Part shown: positions 19,671-28,758 of the stretch, piece after piece | How positions within the stretch are numbered: position 1 is the first letter of the stretch | Layout of the letters: each line of letters opens with the position of its first letter | Assembly (NCBI GenBank): GCA_965207885.1 | Contig: OZ242311.1 | Location: forward strand, 3,168,001 to 3,232,000 | Reading direction: 5' to 3' | DNA length: 64,000 nucleotides | From: Candidatus Latescibacterota bacterium | GTDB taxonomy: Bacteria; Latescibacterota; UBA2968 | The notes under the pieces: generated by a model | The model's input: the letters and a program-made list of their open reading frames with translations, nothing else | Database searches by the model: none | What the model was told of the DNA's origin: nothing | Program-made: the position numbers and the translations under genes

Positions 19671-19702
19671 AAAAAAAAGGGCATTTGAGAAAATGCCCTT
19701 TT
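19671..19702 (-). terminator. Rho-independent terminator
   Basis: AAAAGGGCATTT-gaga-AAATGCCCTTTT with an A-run on the plus strand, which is a U-tail on the minus strand. Confidence 0.8.
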
Positions 19703-19731
19703 GGGTAATGACGCAGATAGATGCCCTCACA

Positions 19732-20301
19732 TCACACAACCGATTCCAACAGCCCCTGGCTGCGGCGGTCCAGTGCCAGTATATCGGGCACCTCAAAGCG
19801 ATTGTTATCCACATCAAAAATCATCAATCGCGTTTCTCCCAGCCACTGCGCGTTTTCGGCGACGGACTTGGCTACAAAATCGCGCCTGCCCCGGTCTGTA
19901 TCGACGGTCCAGTACGTTACCCCGTATTCATTTTGCAACGCCACGATCTTCTGTATCTCCGCTGTCAAATACCGATTGTCCAGTTCTTCATAAACCAGAG
20001 CCTGGCTCTCTTCAGGCAAATCAGACAGGTCTTTGATCATGCAGATCGCTTCATCCTTGATATCCAGAATGCAAAAATAGCGATCTGGTTCTGTCAAAGG
20101 CGCGGCTCGCACCACTTTCACGCGGGTATAGGACCGATCTCCTTCAATCGTCATCCGCAAAACCCACTGTGGCTCCTTAAACAAGCGGATCTTACCCGGG
20201 TCAACCGATTCGGGATGCACCATCTCAATTGGTATTGGCTTCCATTCCTCTGTTTTTTCTTCAATCTCTTCCACTTCCATCTCCAGCATATCCGTAGCCA
20301 T
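19732..20301 (-). CDS. DUF1854 domain protein
   Basis: VVRAAPLTEPDRY, EELDNRYL..I, YWTVDTDRG, IFDVDNNRFEVPD...LDRRS motifs; follows ABC exporters as is typical. Confidence 0.88.
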   Translation of the reverse strand: MATDMLEMEVEEIEEKTEEWKPIPIEMVHPESVDPGKIRLFKEPQWVLRMTIEGDRSYTRVKVVRAAPLTEPDRYFCILDIKDEAICMIKDLSDLPEESQALVYEELDNRYLTAEIQKIVALQNEYGVTYWTVDTDRGRRDFVAKSVAENAQWLGETRLMIFDVDNNRFEVPDILALDRRSQGLLESVV

Positions 20302-20324
20302 CAAAATCTCCAATCAAAATTACC

Positions 20325-22604
20325 CTACTCCAACTCTATCCCCACCGCAGTCATAAACATATCCAGCGTCGTCTCTTGCTGTGTCTTGACCAGGCGATAA
20401 AAAATGCCCTCCCGGTCCATCAACTCACGATGCGTTCCGACTTCGGCGATATTGCCTTCATCCATCACCACAAGCCGATCCGCGCTACGAAGAGTTGATA
20501 AACGGTGTGCAATGGCGAATGTCGTGCGCCCCTCAATCAAACGCGCAATCGCCATTTGGATCTTCTTCTCGGTCGGTGTATCCAGCGAAGACGTGGCTTC
20601 ATCGAGAATGAGAATCCGCGGATTGTGCAAAATTGCCCGCGCGATAGACACCCGCTGTTTCTCGCCGCCCGACAGACGCCCACCGCTTTCCCCTACCCGC
20701 ATGTCATAACCATCGGGTTTTTTGACAATGAACTCGTGTGCTTCGGCTGCGATTGCTGCGCGCATCACCTCGTCAAAGGTCGCGTCTGGTTTGCCATAGG
20801 CAATATTTTCGGCTATCGTGCCGTCAAACAAAAAGGGCTGTTGATGTACCATCCCAATTTGCGATCGCAAATCGCGTAAATTCACATCGGTCATCGGCAC
20901 ACCATCCACCAGCAACCGCCCGCGGTCGGGATCGTAGAACCGACACACCAGATTGATCAGCGTTGACTTGCCAGCTCCCGATTTGCCCACAAGCCCAATC
21001 ATCTCGCCTGCTTTCACCTTCAGGTCAACCTCCTTGAGCACGGGCTTGCCGGGATCATAACCAAAAAACACGGACTCGAACTCCAGATGGCCCTCAATTT
21101 TGGGCAAGCGCACGGCATCGGGTTTTTGGTATGGCTCGGGTTCGGAATCAATCACTTCGAACACGCGCTGCGCACCGGCAAATGCCCGCAAAATATAACT
21201 GTAAAAATCGCCAAACCATCGCAGCGGTTGGTACAACATCCAGAGATAACTCATAAATGCGATTAACGCACCCAGCGTCAATTCACCGCCCAGAATCTGC
21301 CGCCCGCCAAAATACCACACAAAAAACACCCCCACGTTCATAAACAGGTTTGTCACGGTCCAAAAAACAAACCAGGCACGTTCCCCCCGGGTATCCACAT
21401 CGCGCAGATCCTCGTTGTATTGGTCAAAACGCTCGCTCTCCTTTGCTTCCTGTGCAAATGCTTTTACAACGCGAATACCGTGAATCGACTCATTCAACTG
21501 CGCCGATAGCCTGCCCCACTTTCCCGACCACTGCGTCCAGAAGGTCATAATGCGGTACCATATCCGTGTGCCAGCGAGCACAATTAGCGGAATAGGTGCC
21601 ACGACAAACAGCGTGAGTTGCCAGTTCATCCACGCCAGAAATCCCAGAATACCGACAAATAACAAACTGTTTGAAAACACAAAATAAAAATCATACGTCA
21701 TGATCACTTCCATGCGGTCCGTATCATTATTCATGCGAGACGTCAACGCACCCACTTTTCGCCGATCGTAAAAGCGAACGGGTACCATCTGAAACGCGCG
21801 GTAGAGATCTTCCCGCAAATCGCCAATAGCGCGCAACCCCAACGATCGACTCAGCGCAGCCATCACCACATCGACCCCCCAGATTAACAGCCGTATAATA
21901 ACAAGCCCTAAGATCAACAGTCCCAATCGATCATGGCGATCTGTTGACTCAATGAATGGAATTGCAACCGCGTCCCAGCCCGTTGTCAAAACACCGTCGA
22001 TCACATACTCCGTAATTTTGGGTGGCAACAGCGTAAATAAAGCGCTGATAAATGTCAGGGCTATGGTGGTGACCAGTCGCACGGGATAAGCGGCCATATA
22101 ACCCACAATGCGCCGAAACGTCTGCCACTTTTTTAAACACGCAGCACATACCCCATTTTTTTCGGGCAATCTCTTGCCACAATGCTCGCATTGCGTCTGC
22201 TCCAATTCTGTGGGCAATGTTAGCGGCTCATTGTCCTTCAACTGCCGAATTCCATCGGCCACTTCGGCAAACACAGCGGTAAGAGATGGCGAATAGGGGA
22301 CATGCATTTCAGGTCCTGCTTTGTGCGTCAACGCCAGGGCGCCCAACCCCACGCGCTCCTCCACTTTCACGTCTTCCACATCGCCAATCGCCATCGACTG
22401 CGTACCATCCACACCCGATTCGGGAATCACCAGTACCTGTTGATCGGTCACCACTACCCACTGTGGGTTGTAATTCAGGGACTCGTCCAGATCCGTTCCC
22501 ACCTGTATCAGCACAGTCTCGCCATTGGACTTTGCTGCACCCAGCTTCCTCGCCACGGATGGCGGGAGTTTTTCAATCAATGGCTTTCCTGGTACGTAAT
22601 TCAT
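20325..22604 (-). CDS. Fused ABC exporter (TMD+NBD) with an N-terminal extension and CxxC...CxxC motif
   Basis: GKSGAGKST, LSGGEKQR, ILDEATSS, AHRLST; CEHCGKRLPEKNGVCAAC precedes the TMD. Confidence 0.92.
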   Translation of the reverse strand: MNYVPGKPLIEKLPPSVARKLGAAKSNGETVLIQVGTDLDESLNYNPQWVVVTDQQVLVIPESGVDGTQSMAIGDVEDVKVEERVGLGALALTHKAGPEMHVPYSPSLTAVFAEVADGIRQLKDNEPLTLPTELEQTQCEHCGKRLPEKNGVCAACLKKWQTFRRIVGYMAAYPVRLVTTIALTFISALFTLLPPKITEYVIDGVLTTGWDAVAIPFIESTDRHDRLGLLILGLVIIRLLIWGVDVVMAALSRSLGLRAIGDLREDLYRAFQMVPVRFYDRRKVGALTSRMNNDTDRMEVIMTYDFYFVFSNSLLFVGILGFLAWMNWQLTLFVVAPIPLIVLAGTRIWYRIMTFWTQWSGKWGRLSAQLNESIHGIRVVKAFAQEAKESERFDQYNEDLRDVDTRGERAWFVFWTVTNLFMNVGVFFVWYFGGRQILGGELTLGALIAFMSYLWMLYQPLRWFGDFYSYILRAFAGAQRVFEVIDSEPEPYQKPDAVRLPKIEGHLEFESVFFGYDPGKPVLKEVDLKVKAGEMIGLVGKSGAGKSTLINLVCRFYDPDRGRLLVDGVPMTDVNLRDLRSQIGMVHQQPFLFDGTIAENIAYGKPDATFDEVMRAAIAAEAHEFIVKKPDGYDMRVGESGGRLSGGEKQRVSIARAILHNPRILILDEATSSLDTPTEKKIQMAIARLIEGRTTFAIAHRLSTLRSADRLVVMDEGNIAEVGTHRELMDREGIFYRLVKTQQETTLDMFMTAVGIELE

Positions 22605-22610
22605 GTGAGC

Positions 22611-24836
22611 CTATTCCTTAATCGCAATAATCTGTGAAATCTCTTCTTGCATCTGTACCAATTTGTAAAACATACCCCGCTGTTCCAGCAATTCGCGGTG
22701 CGTTCCCATTTCCACAATGCGTCCGGCGTCCATCACCACCAGCCGGTCGGCATTGCGAAGGGTGGATAAACGATGGGCTATTGCAAAAGTCGTTCGTCCT
22801 TTGACCAATCGCACCACCGCATCTTGAATGCGTTTTTCCGTTTGCACATCAACAGACGATGTGGCCTCGTCTAAGATCAAAATCCTGGGATCGTGTAAAA
22901 TGGCCCGTGCAATAGACACGCGCTGCCGTTCACCGCCCGAAAGCGATTCTCCGCGCTCGCCGATGAGCGTATCGTAGCCATCGGGTTTTGTCACGATAAA
23001 GTCGTGTGCATGGGCAGCCCTGGCCGCTTCCACAATCTCATCGAATGTTGCGCCCGGCTTGCCATAGCCGATATTTTCCGCAATACTGCCCGAAAATAGA
23101 AACGGCTCTTGCAACACAATGCCAATTTGAGACCGCAAATCCTCCAGCCGAATATCGCGTAAATCCACCCCATCTACCTCAATGCTTCCGCGGTCAACAT
23201 CGTAGAACCGACAAATCAGATTTACCGTTGTCGTCTTGCCCACACCGGATTTTCCCACCAGTCCGATCATCTCCCCCGGTTTGACATCGAGGTTGATTTC
23301 GTGAAGCACGGGCTTGCTCTTGTCGTATCCAAACGTGACGTCATTAAACTTCACGCGACCCCCAATATGCGGCATAGGCACGGCATTGGGGTCTTGGTAC
23401 GCCTCGGAGGGCGTGTCGATAATCTCAAAAATGCGCTCTGCACCGGCCATTGCGCGCGTCATCCAGGAATTGACCATCCCAAACCATTCCAGAGGACCGT
23501 AGAGCAACATCATATAGCTGTAAAAAGCCATCAAAGTGCCGAGCGTCAACTCCCCATCGATCACCTCCAGCCCCCCGTAATACCACACAATAATCACGCC
23601 AGCCGCGGTCAATAGGGTCATCGTTTTATAAAAAATGCCCCGGTTGACCTCTGTAGTAATACCGATGCGCGTCAATTTATCATTGCGCCTTTTGAACACC
23701 CTAATTTCCTGCTTTTCCTGTGCAAATGCCTTCACCACGCGAATGCCCGTGAGCGCTTCATTGACCCGCGCCATAGTGTCAGACCAGGACTGCATCCAAC
23801 TGGTAAAATATTTCCGCATCCGCCGATAAAACGCATATCCCCAGATCATGATTAACGGAACGGGAATCAGCACCAGAATAGCCAGTGACCAACTCATCAT
23901 AAACAGCGCGGCGAGAATCCCCAGCAACATCATCGCTTCGATCACCAGATAGGGCAATCCATCGACCAAAAACATCTGTAAACGACTGCTATCGGTCGTC
24001 ACGCGGGACATCACTGCGCCAACTTGCCGCTTGTCGTAAAATTGCAGGGATAGCAACTCTAAACGCCTGTAAAGCTGGCTGCGGATATCCGCCGTCACCC
24101 GTGCGGAAAGCCACGTAACTGTCCAACCGTGCGCCCATTCTGCCCCCCAGGTTAGCAGCCGGATACCCACCAGAATCAGCACGAGCCAGCCGAGCAAGCT
24201 GAGCCGTTCGTCGTACAGCGCCTCTACGCCCTCGGGCAGCACCAATACATCATCGACAATGAGCTTAGTCACGTAAGGCGGAATCAACTCGGCAACTGTC
24301 GTCACAATAGACGCCAGAGCCAGCACAATCGCGCGTGTTTTGTAGGGCTTCAAATACGATGCAATGCGTCCCAACGTTGCAAATTTGTTTAAACAGGCCG
24401 GACATATCCCATTTTTTTCGGGCAATAGCCTGCCACACGATTCGCAGATTGTGCGATCCAGATGCGCATTGATAAAAAATTCTTGCCCCTTGCGCAGTTG
24501 CTCGATCCCTCGCGTGGTCTCCGAAAATTTTTGTGCCTGCGTCAGGGAATACGGAACGTGAATGGTCGGCTTATTTTTTCGATGAATTTCCAGACGCGCA
24601 CCGCCCACCAGAGCCTCTGTTCGCGCCAGTTCTATTTCTGAAATAGGAATATCTGCAATCGAGCCATTTTGCCGCACCAGTACGCGATTGCGCGTCACCA
24701 CTACCCACTGGTTTCCGAAGTCGCCTTTTTCATCCAGATCGGTCTCCACCCGGATAAGTTCATCTTCCCCTTCGGGCAAAGCGTGTTTCAACCAATCCAA
24801 ACTACCGTTTTGTTCATTATCCAGTAAACGATCCAT
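22611..24836 (-). CDS. Fused ABC exporter (TMD+NBD), paralogue of the downstream gene
   Basis: GKSGVGKTT, LSGGERQR, ILDEATSS, AHRLST; CESCGRLLPEKNGICPAC. Confidence 0.92.
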   Translation of the reverse strand: MDRLLDNEQNGSLDWLKHALPEGEDELIRVETDLDEKGDFGNQWVVVTRNRVLVRQNGSIADIPISEIELARTEALVGGARLEIHRKNKPTIHVPYSLTQAQKFSETTRGIEQLRKGQEFFINAHLDRTICESCGRLLPEKNGICPACLNKFATLGRIASYLKPYKTRAIVLALASIVTTVAELIPPYVTKLIVDDVLVLPEGVEALYDERLSLLGWLVLILVGIRLLTWGAEWAHGWTVTWLSARVTADIRSQLYRRLELLSLQFYDKRQVGAVMSRVTTDSSRLQMFLVDGLPYLVIEAMMLLGILAALFMMSWSLAILVLIPVPLIMIWGYAFYRRMRKYFTSWMQSWSDTMARVNEALTGIRVVKAFAQEKQEIRVFKRRNDKLTRIGITTEVNRGIFYKTMTLLTAAGVIIVWYYGGLEVIDGELTLGTLMAFYSYMMLLYGPLEWFGMVNSWMTRAMAGAERIFEIIDTPSEAYQDPNAVPMPHIGGRVKFNDVTFGYDKSKPVLHEINLDVKPGEMIGLVGKSGVGKTTTVNLICRFYDVDRGSIEVDGVDLRDIRLEDLRSQIGIVLQEPFLFSGSIAENIGYGKPGATFDEIVEAARAAHAHDFIVTKPDGYDTLIGERGESLSGGERQRVSIARAILHDPRILILDEATSSVDVQTEKRIQDAVVRLVKGRTTFAIAHRLSTLRNADRLVVMDAGRIVEMGTHRELLEQRGMFYKLVQMQEEISQIIAIKE

Positions 24837-24869
24837 CTCTACTCCTGAATCGGACGGTCACCTTGCGTT

Positions 24870-25601
24870 TTAATTCACACCCTTATTCAGACAAAGATCG
24901 CGCAACAAGTGTTTCAAGACCTTCACTTCAACATCTTTTTTTGCAATCGCTACCGACCCGACATAACCCTCTGCAGGGTCGAGGTGTAGCAGCGTCCAAT
25001 CTTTTATATTCCCTTCTTTTATCCACAACAATTTTGCTTTGCATCCCAAACTGACTTCAAAATTTTTTAATGACTGGACAAGACCCGTGCCCACAGCTTT
25101 CAGATATGCCTCTTTGCGCGTCCAGCAACAAAAAAAAGCCCGACGCCGTTCTTCTCGCGGCAACGCACACAACTGCTTGTATTCACCAGGTGCAAAAAAA
25201 CGTTTCGCAAGGTCCTGCATATGGCCGACCTTGCGACTGAGATGCTCAATATCAACTCCAATTTCACAGCGCAGAGAAACCGCAATAAGGGCCAGTCCTG
25301 CCGAATGGCTCAAATTGAATCGCAATTGAGATTTATCCCACGGAGATGCCAGAGCGGGTTTGCCGTGTTCTCCATAAAAAAAAGCCAGTTCACCTGGCTT
25401 GCACTCCATGTATTTGGCGAGAATCGCGCGCAGACATCCGCGTGCGGCAACAAAATGCGCCCGGTGCTTTTCAAAGAGAAATCTGTCGGCACGCACCCAC
25501 TCATCTGCCGATAGCGTTTCGGCCAACATGTGACCATCAAATGTCTCGCGCTCTAAATCCACCGCCCAGACATGGGCCGTATCAGTTTGCAAAATATCCA
25601 T
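24870..25601 (-). CDS. Sfp-type 4'-phosphopantetheinyl transferase
   Basis: HGKP, FNLSHS, IGVDIE and WTRKEAYLKAVG.GL motifs. Confidence 0.93.
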   Translation of the reverse strand: MDILQTDTAHVWAVDLERETFDGHMLAETLSADEWVRADRFLFEKHRAHFVAARGCLRAILAKYMECKPGELAFFYGEHGKPALASPWDKSQLRFNLSHSAGLALIAVSLRCEIGVDIEHLSRKVGHMQDLAKRFFAPGEYKQLCALPREERRRAFFCCWTRKEAYLKAVGTGLVQSLKNFEVSLGCKAKLLWIKEGNIKDWTLLHLDPAEGYVGSVAIAKKDVEVKVLKHLLRDLCLNKGVN

Positions 25602-25625
25602 ATCCCTTGCACTGTCTCAGCAGAT

Positions 25626-26837
25626 TTACCCCGTCATTCTCAAACTCGCCTCATAAGTCTCAAAGCGTTCGCCCTCGATCTCTTCGGGATCGACCAGCTT
25701 GAGCCACATTCCCTGATCTTTTTTGTTTCCGCTCAACTGCCTGCGGCTGCCCAAATTGGCGGGATCTGCACCGTGCCAGACCACATCGCCATCTTGTAAA
25801 AAGATAAATTCATTCCGATACCGGTCAACGATATCCCGCCGACGGTCCTGGTAAAACAGAGCCTGCTCACAGGTGGTACGACGCCAGCTTTCTACAATTT
25901 CCTCGCTATCTGTGCGCTCTGAATCAAACTCGGCCAGGGGGGCAGATACCTCGCTATGAAAATCAATCTCGCGCAGATCAACCGTACCAAAACCGCGCCT
26001 GTCTGCGATCAACAAATGGTTGCGGTCGCGTCGAAACGGCGGATTGGGCCAATCAGACGCGGGGTCGTGACCCATCAAATGGGCACCACATGCATCGGTC
26101 GCGGTTACATGGTCACCGGCTAATAACGCATTGCAAATACGCCCCTGTCCGCCCCATTCTCTACCCCATTGTCCGGTTAGTGCATCCACAATATTCAGAC
26201 AAGGTTGGGTGATCAATCCCAAATCGGGCAACACATAAGACAGGCGGATAAAGTGGTGATAATAGGATCTCACGCGGCCGTGTGGCAGCGTGATTGGGGG
26301 CAGGCCAAAGAGGTTTTTCATGCAAAGCGTAACCCCCATAAACAGATGATTTTTCATCTTGGCCACAGAAACCACCTCAGATCCTTCAAAACACGCGCTG
26401 AGCGTATAGCGATCAAACATACATCCGCCACCCGGCACGTCATACTGTTTGAACGGCGGTGCATTTGAATCGACAAATCCCACATCGTATTCTTTCAAAA
26501 TATGCGCGTAATTAAAATCCTCACCCATCAAATGTTCGCGCGTATAGGGATTGGTATCCGTTGCAATAATTTCCGCACGGGTTCGTTCTCGCAACAAACG
26601 CAAAACAGCGCGTGCAACCATATTATCGACCAACTCGCGCCGCCGTCCCATGTAGTAAATAATGCGATTGTGTAGCTTCATCATATTGAACTTGATCACA
26701 ATCCGGTTGGCTTTTTCCAGCCTTTCCCATGACCGATGCAATGGATCTGTAATGCGGCGCAACGTCCGGTATATTTCTTCCTCCGATGCCCGCCAATTGC
26801 AATGCGCTGCGCGAACCTTGTAATTCTTCTCTGCCAT
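25626..26837 (-). CDS. DUF362 domain protein with a C-terminal extra domain
   Basis: IVIKFN, VSVAKMKNH, VTLCMKNLFG, LNIVDAL, D.TATD motifs. Start set at MAEKNY (26837) after GAGG. Confidence 0.82.
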   Translation of the reverse strand: MAEKNYKVRAAHCNWRASEEEIYRTLRRITDPLHRSWERLEKANRIVIKFNMMKLHNRIIYYMGRRRELVDNMVARAVLRLLRERTRAEIIATDTNPYTREHLMGEDFNYAHILKEYDVGFVDSNAPPFKQYDVPGGGCMFDRYTLSACFEGSEVVSVAKMKNHLFMGVTLCMKNLFGLPPITLPHGRVRSYYHHFIRLSYVLPDLGLITQPCLNIVDALTGQWGREWGGQGRICNALLAGDHVTATDACGAHLMGHDPASDWPNPPFRRDRNHLLIADRRGFGTVDLREIDFHSEVSAPLAEFDSERTDSEEIVESWRRTTCEQALFYQDRRRDIVDRYRNEFIFLQDGDVVWHGADPANLGSRRQLSGNKKDQGMWLKLVDPEEIEGERFETYEASLRMTG

Positions 26838-26989
26838 TCCGACCTCTGTGGTTAAATGCGATGATATTAGGACTGTCTTATTGTACCTATAAAAGCGAAA
26901 AATGAAAAGTGAAATTATAAAGATTTCCTTATATTGACTACATCTAATCCCGAACAAACTTCAATTGGCATTCAGACAGGTATTTTTTT

Positions 26990-28690
26990 ATGCTCGCCGG
27001 ATTCATCTCTCAATCGCCTCTTACCCCTCGCGAACTCACCCGCACGCTCACACGCATGGCAGATAGCCTTGTCGTACACCCAAAAGCGCACCGTATCACT
27101 TTTGCCCCGCATATTGCGGGCGTTGCATTCGCGCCAGATTGGCGTACGACACCCCCAGTTTGCCAGACACAAATGGGACATATTGCCTATCTCGATGGCG
27201 AATTTTTTAACCGCGCCGCGCTGACTCGCTCTGCTACTTCTGACCCAGAATTTTTGGTTCAGACTATCACAGGCAAGCGCGAACAATTGAACCGCATTGA
27301 TGGCATTTTTTCTGGCGTGGTTTTTGATACACACAAAAATGAACTGCACATTATCACCGACCGCTATGGCTTGCGTCCACTCTACTGGACGCGCCTGGGC
27401 AATCGAATTGCCTGGGCGTCTCAGACCAAAGCCTTCCTCGCGCTTCCCGAATTTTCGCCTGTGATTGACCCCATTTCCCGCGACATGTTTTTCTCTACCG
27501 GACAATTGCCTTCTGATCGCACCTGGCTCAAAGACGTCGCGCCCGTGCCTCCTGCAACGCAAATGACATTTCGCATTTCCGACGGTAGTCTTACACAGCA
27601 GCGCTACTGGTCCTGGGATGAAATTGCCCCTCTCACTGGGCATCACAGCCAACGCGAATTGGCACAGGAATTGGGCACGCGTTTTCGCACTGCGGTAGAA
27701 CAGAGAACCACAGGACGAACTGGTCTCGCTCTCAGCGGAGGTCTCGATTCGCGTGCGATCCTCGCCGCCATGCCCAGCACGCCCCAAATCTTCACATTTG
27801 GTCACCCCGACAGCGCAGATGTTCGCATTGCAGCTCAGGCCGCATCCGTAAAAAACGCGCCACACACTGTTCTCCCCATCCACAGTCAAAATTGGCTCTT
27901 GCCGAGAATTTCCGGCGTGTGGTATGCCGATGGCGCGCTTGACCTGCTCCATATGCACGGGATTGAACATCTCAAACAACAGAAAGAGGCCAGTGATATC
28001 TGTCTCAATGGCGCAGGTGGCGATGGATTAGCAGGTGCGGGCCATCTATTTCATCCAAAAGGACTCTCTGCTTACCTGAAAAATAAGCTACATATCCAGG
28101 CAGATCGCAACACAGCCCAACACCTCGAAACCGCATTTAACAAGGCGGGATCGGCACACGCTTTTTACATAGACTGGCGCATGCGCGGATTCACCATTCA
28201 CGGTCCCCGTCTGGGACTTTTGCATGGCTTCGAATACCGCTTTCCATTCCTCGACAATCAAGTGCAGGAATTTCTCTATTCTATTCCCCTGCAACAAAAA
28301 GCCAACAATCGGCTCTACCGACAAATGCTTCTCCATACCTTTCCCGAATATTTCAAGGATATACCCTATCAGGCCACGGGATTTCCCATATCCCATTCTT
28401 CCTGGACCGTCAAAATTCTGCGGAGACTCACAGGATTGCGCAACCGTCCCTCCCATACCTTTGCCGATTACGCGAATTGGTTGCGCCAATCGCCGGGTAA
28501 AAATTTGTGCGACTATCTTCTCTACAACACATCTGAAACCTCCAAGCTCTGGCAACGCCACCTCTCAGGTGAAGATCACACTATTATTTTAGGGCGCTAC
28601 CTGACCTATCAACTCTATCTTATCCAACTCTTTGACGGCAAATACCGCACATCAGAAGAAGTGGCTGAACTATTGAAAATTACCTCATAA
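26990..28690 (+). CDS. Asparagine synthetase-like (AsnB family) amide ligase
   Basis: DGEFFN, DRYGLRPLY, PP-loop LSGGLDSR, NGAGGD, RFPFLDN; lacks the N-terminal catalytic Cys. Confidence 0.85.
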   Translation: MLAGFISQSPLTPRELTRTLTRMADSLVVHPKAHRITFAPHIAGVAFAPDWRTTPPVCQTQMGHIAYLDGEFFNRAALTRSATSDPEFLVQTITGKREQLNRIDGIFSGVVFDTHKNELHIITDRYGLRPLYWTRLGNRIAWASQTKAFLALPEFSPVIDPISRDMFFSTGQLPSDRTWLKDVAPVPPATQMTFRISDGSLTQQRYWSWDEIAPLTGHHSQRELAQELGTRFRTAVEQRTTGRTGLALSGGLDSRAILAAMPSTPQIFTFGHPDSADVRIAAQAASVKNAPHTVLPIHSQNWLLPRISGVWYADGALDLLHMHGIEHLKQQKEASDICLNGAGGDGLAGAGHLFHPKGLSAYLKNKLHIQADRNTAQHLETAFNKAGSAHAFYIDWRMRGFTIHGPRLGLLHGFEYRFPFLDNQVQEFLYSIPLQQKANNRLYRQMLLHTFPEYFKDIPYQATGFPISHSSWTVKILRRLTGLRNRPSHTFADYANWLRQSPGKNLCDYLLYNTSETSKLWQRHLSGEDHTIILGRYLTYQLYLIQLFDGKYRTSEEVAELLKITS

Positions 28691-28691
28691 T

Positions 28692-28734
28692 AAAAAACTG
28701 CCGTCCGAAGTTTTTCGGACGGCAGTTTCTTTTT
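28692..28734. terminator. Bidirectional terminator
   Basis: AAACTGCCGTCCGAA-loop-TTCGGACGGCAGTTT between convergent genes. Confidence 0.88.
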
Positions 28735-28758
28735 ACCACTCATATTTTCACTTCCCTC

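Noticed and set aside
19693-20400. 235-aa plus-strand ORF
   Set aside because: Antisense shadow of the DUF1854 gene with no recognisable motifs.
26972-27979. 335-aa minus-strand ORF
   Set aside because: Antisense shadow of the AsnB-like gene.
26990-28690. Lasso peptide cluster (cyclase-like AsnB near ABC exporters)
   Set aside because: No precursor peptide, RRE or B2 leader peptidase is adjacent; the transglutaminase-like ORF is 8 kb away beyond core genes.
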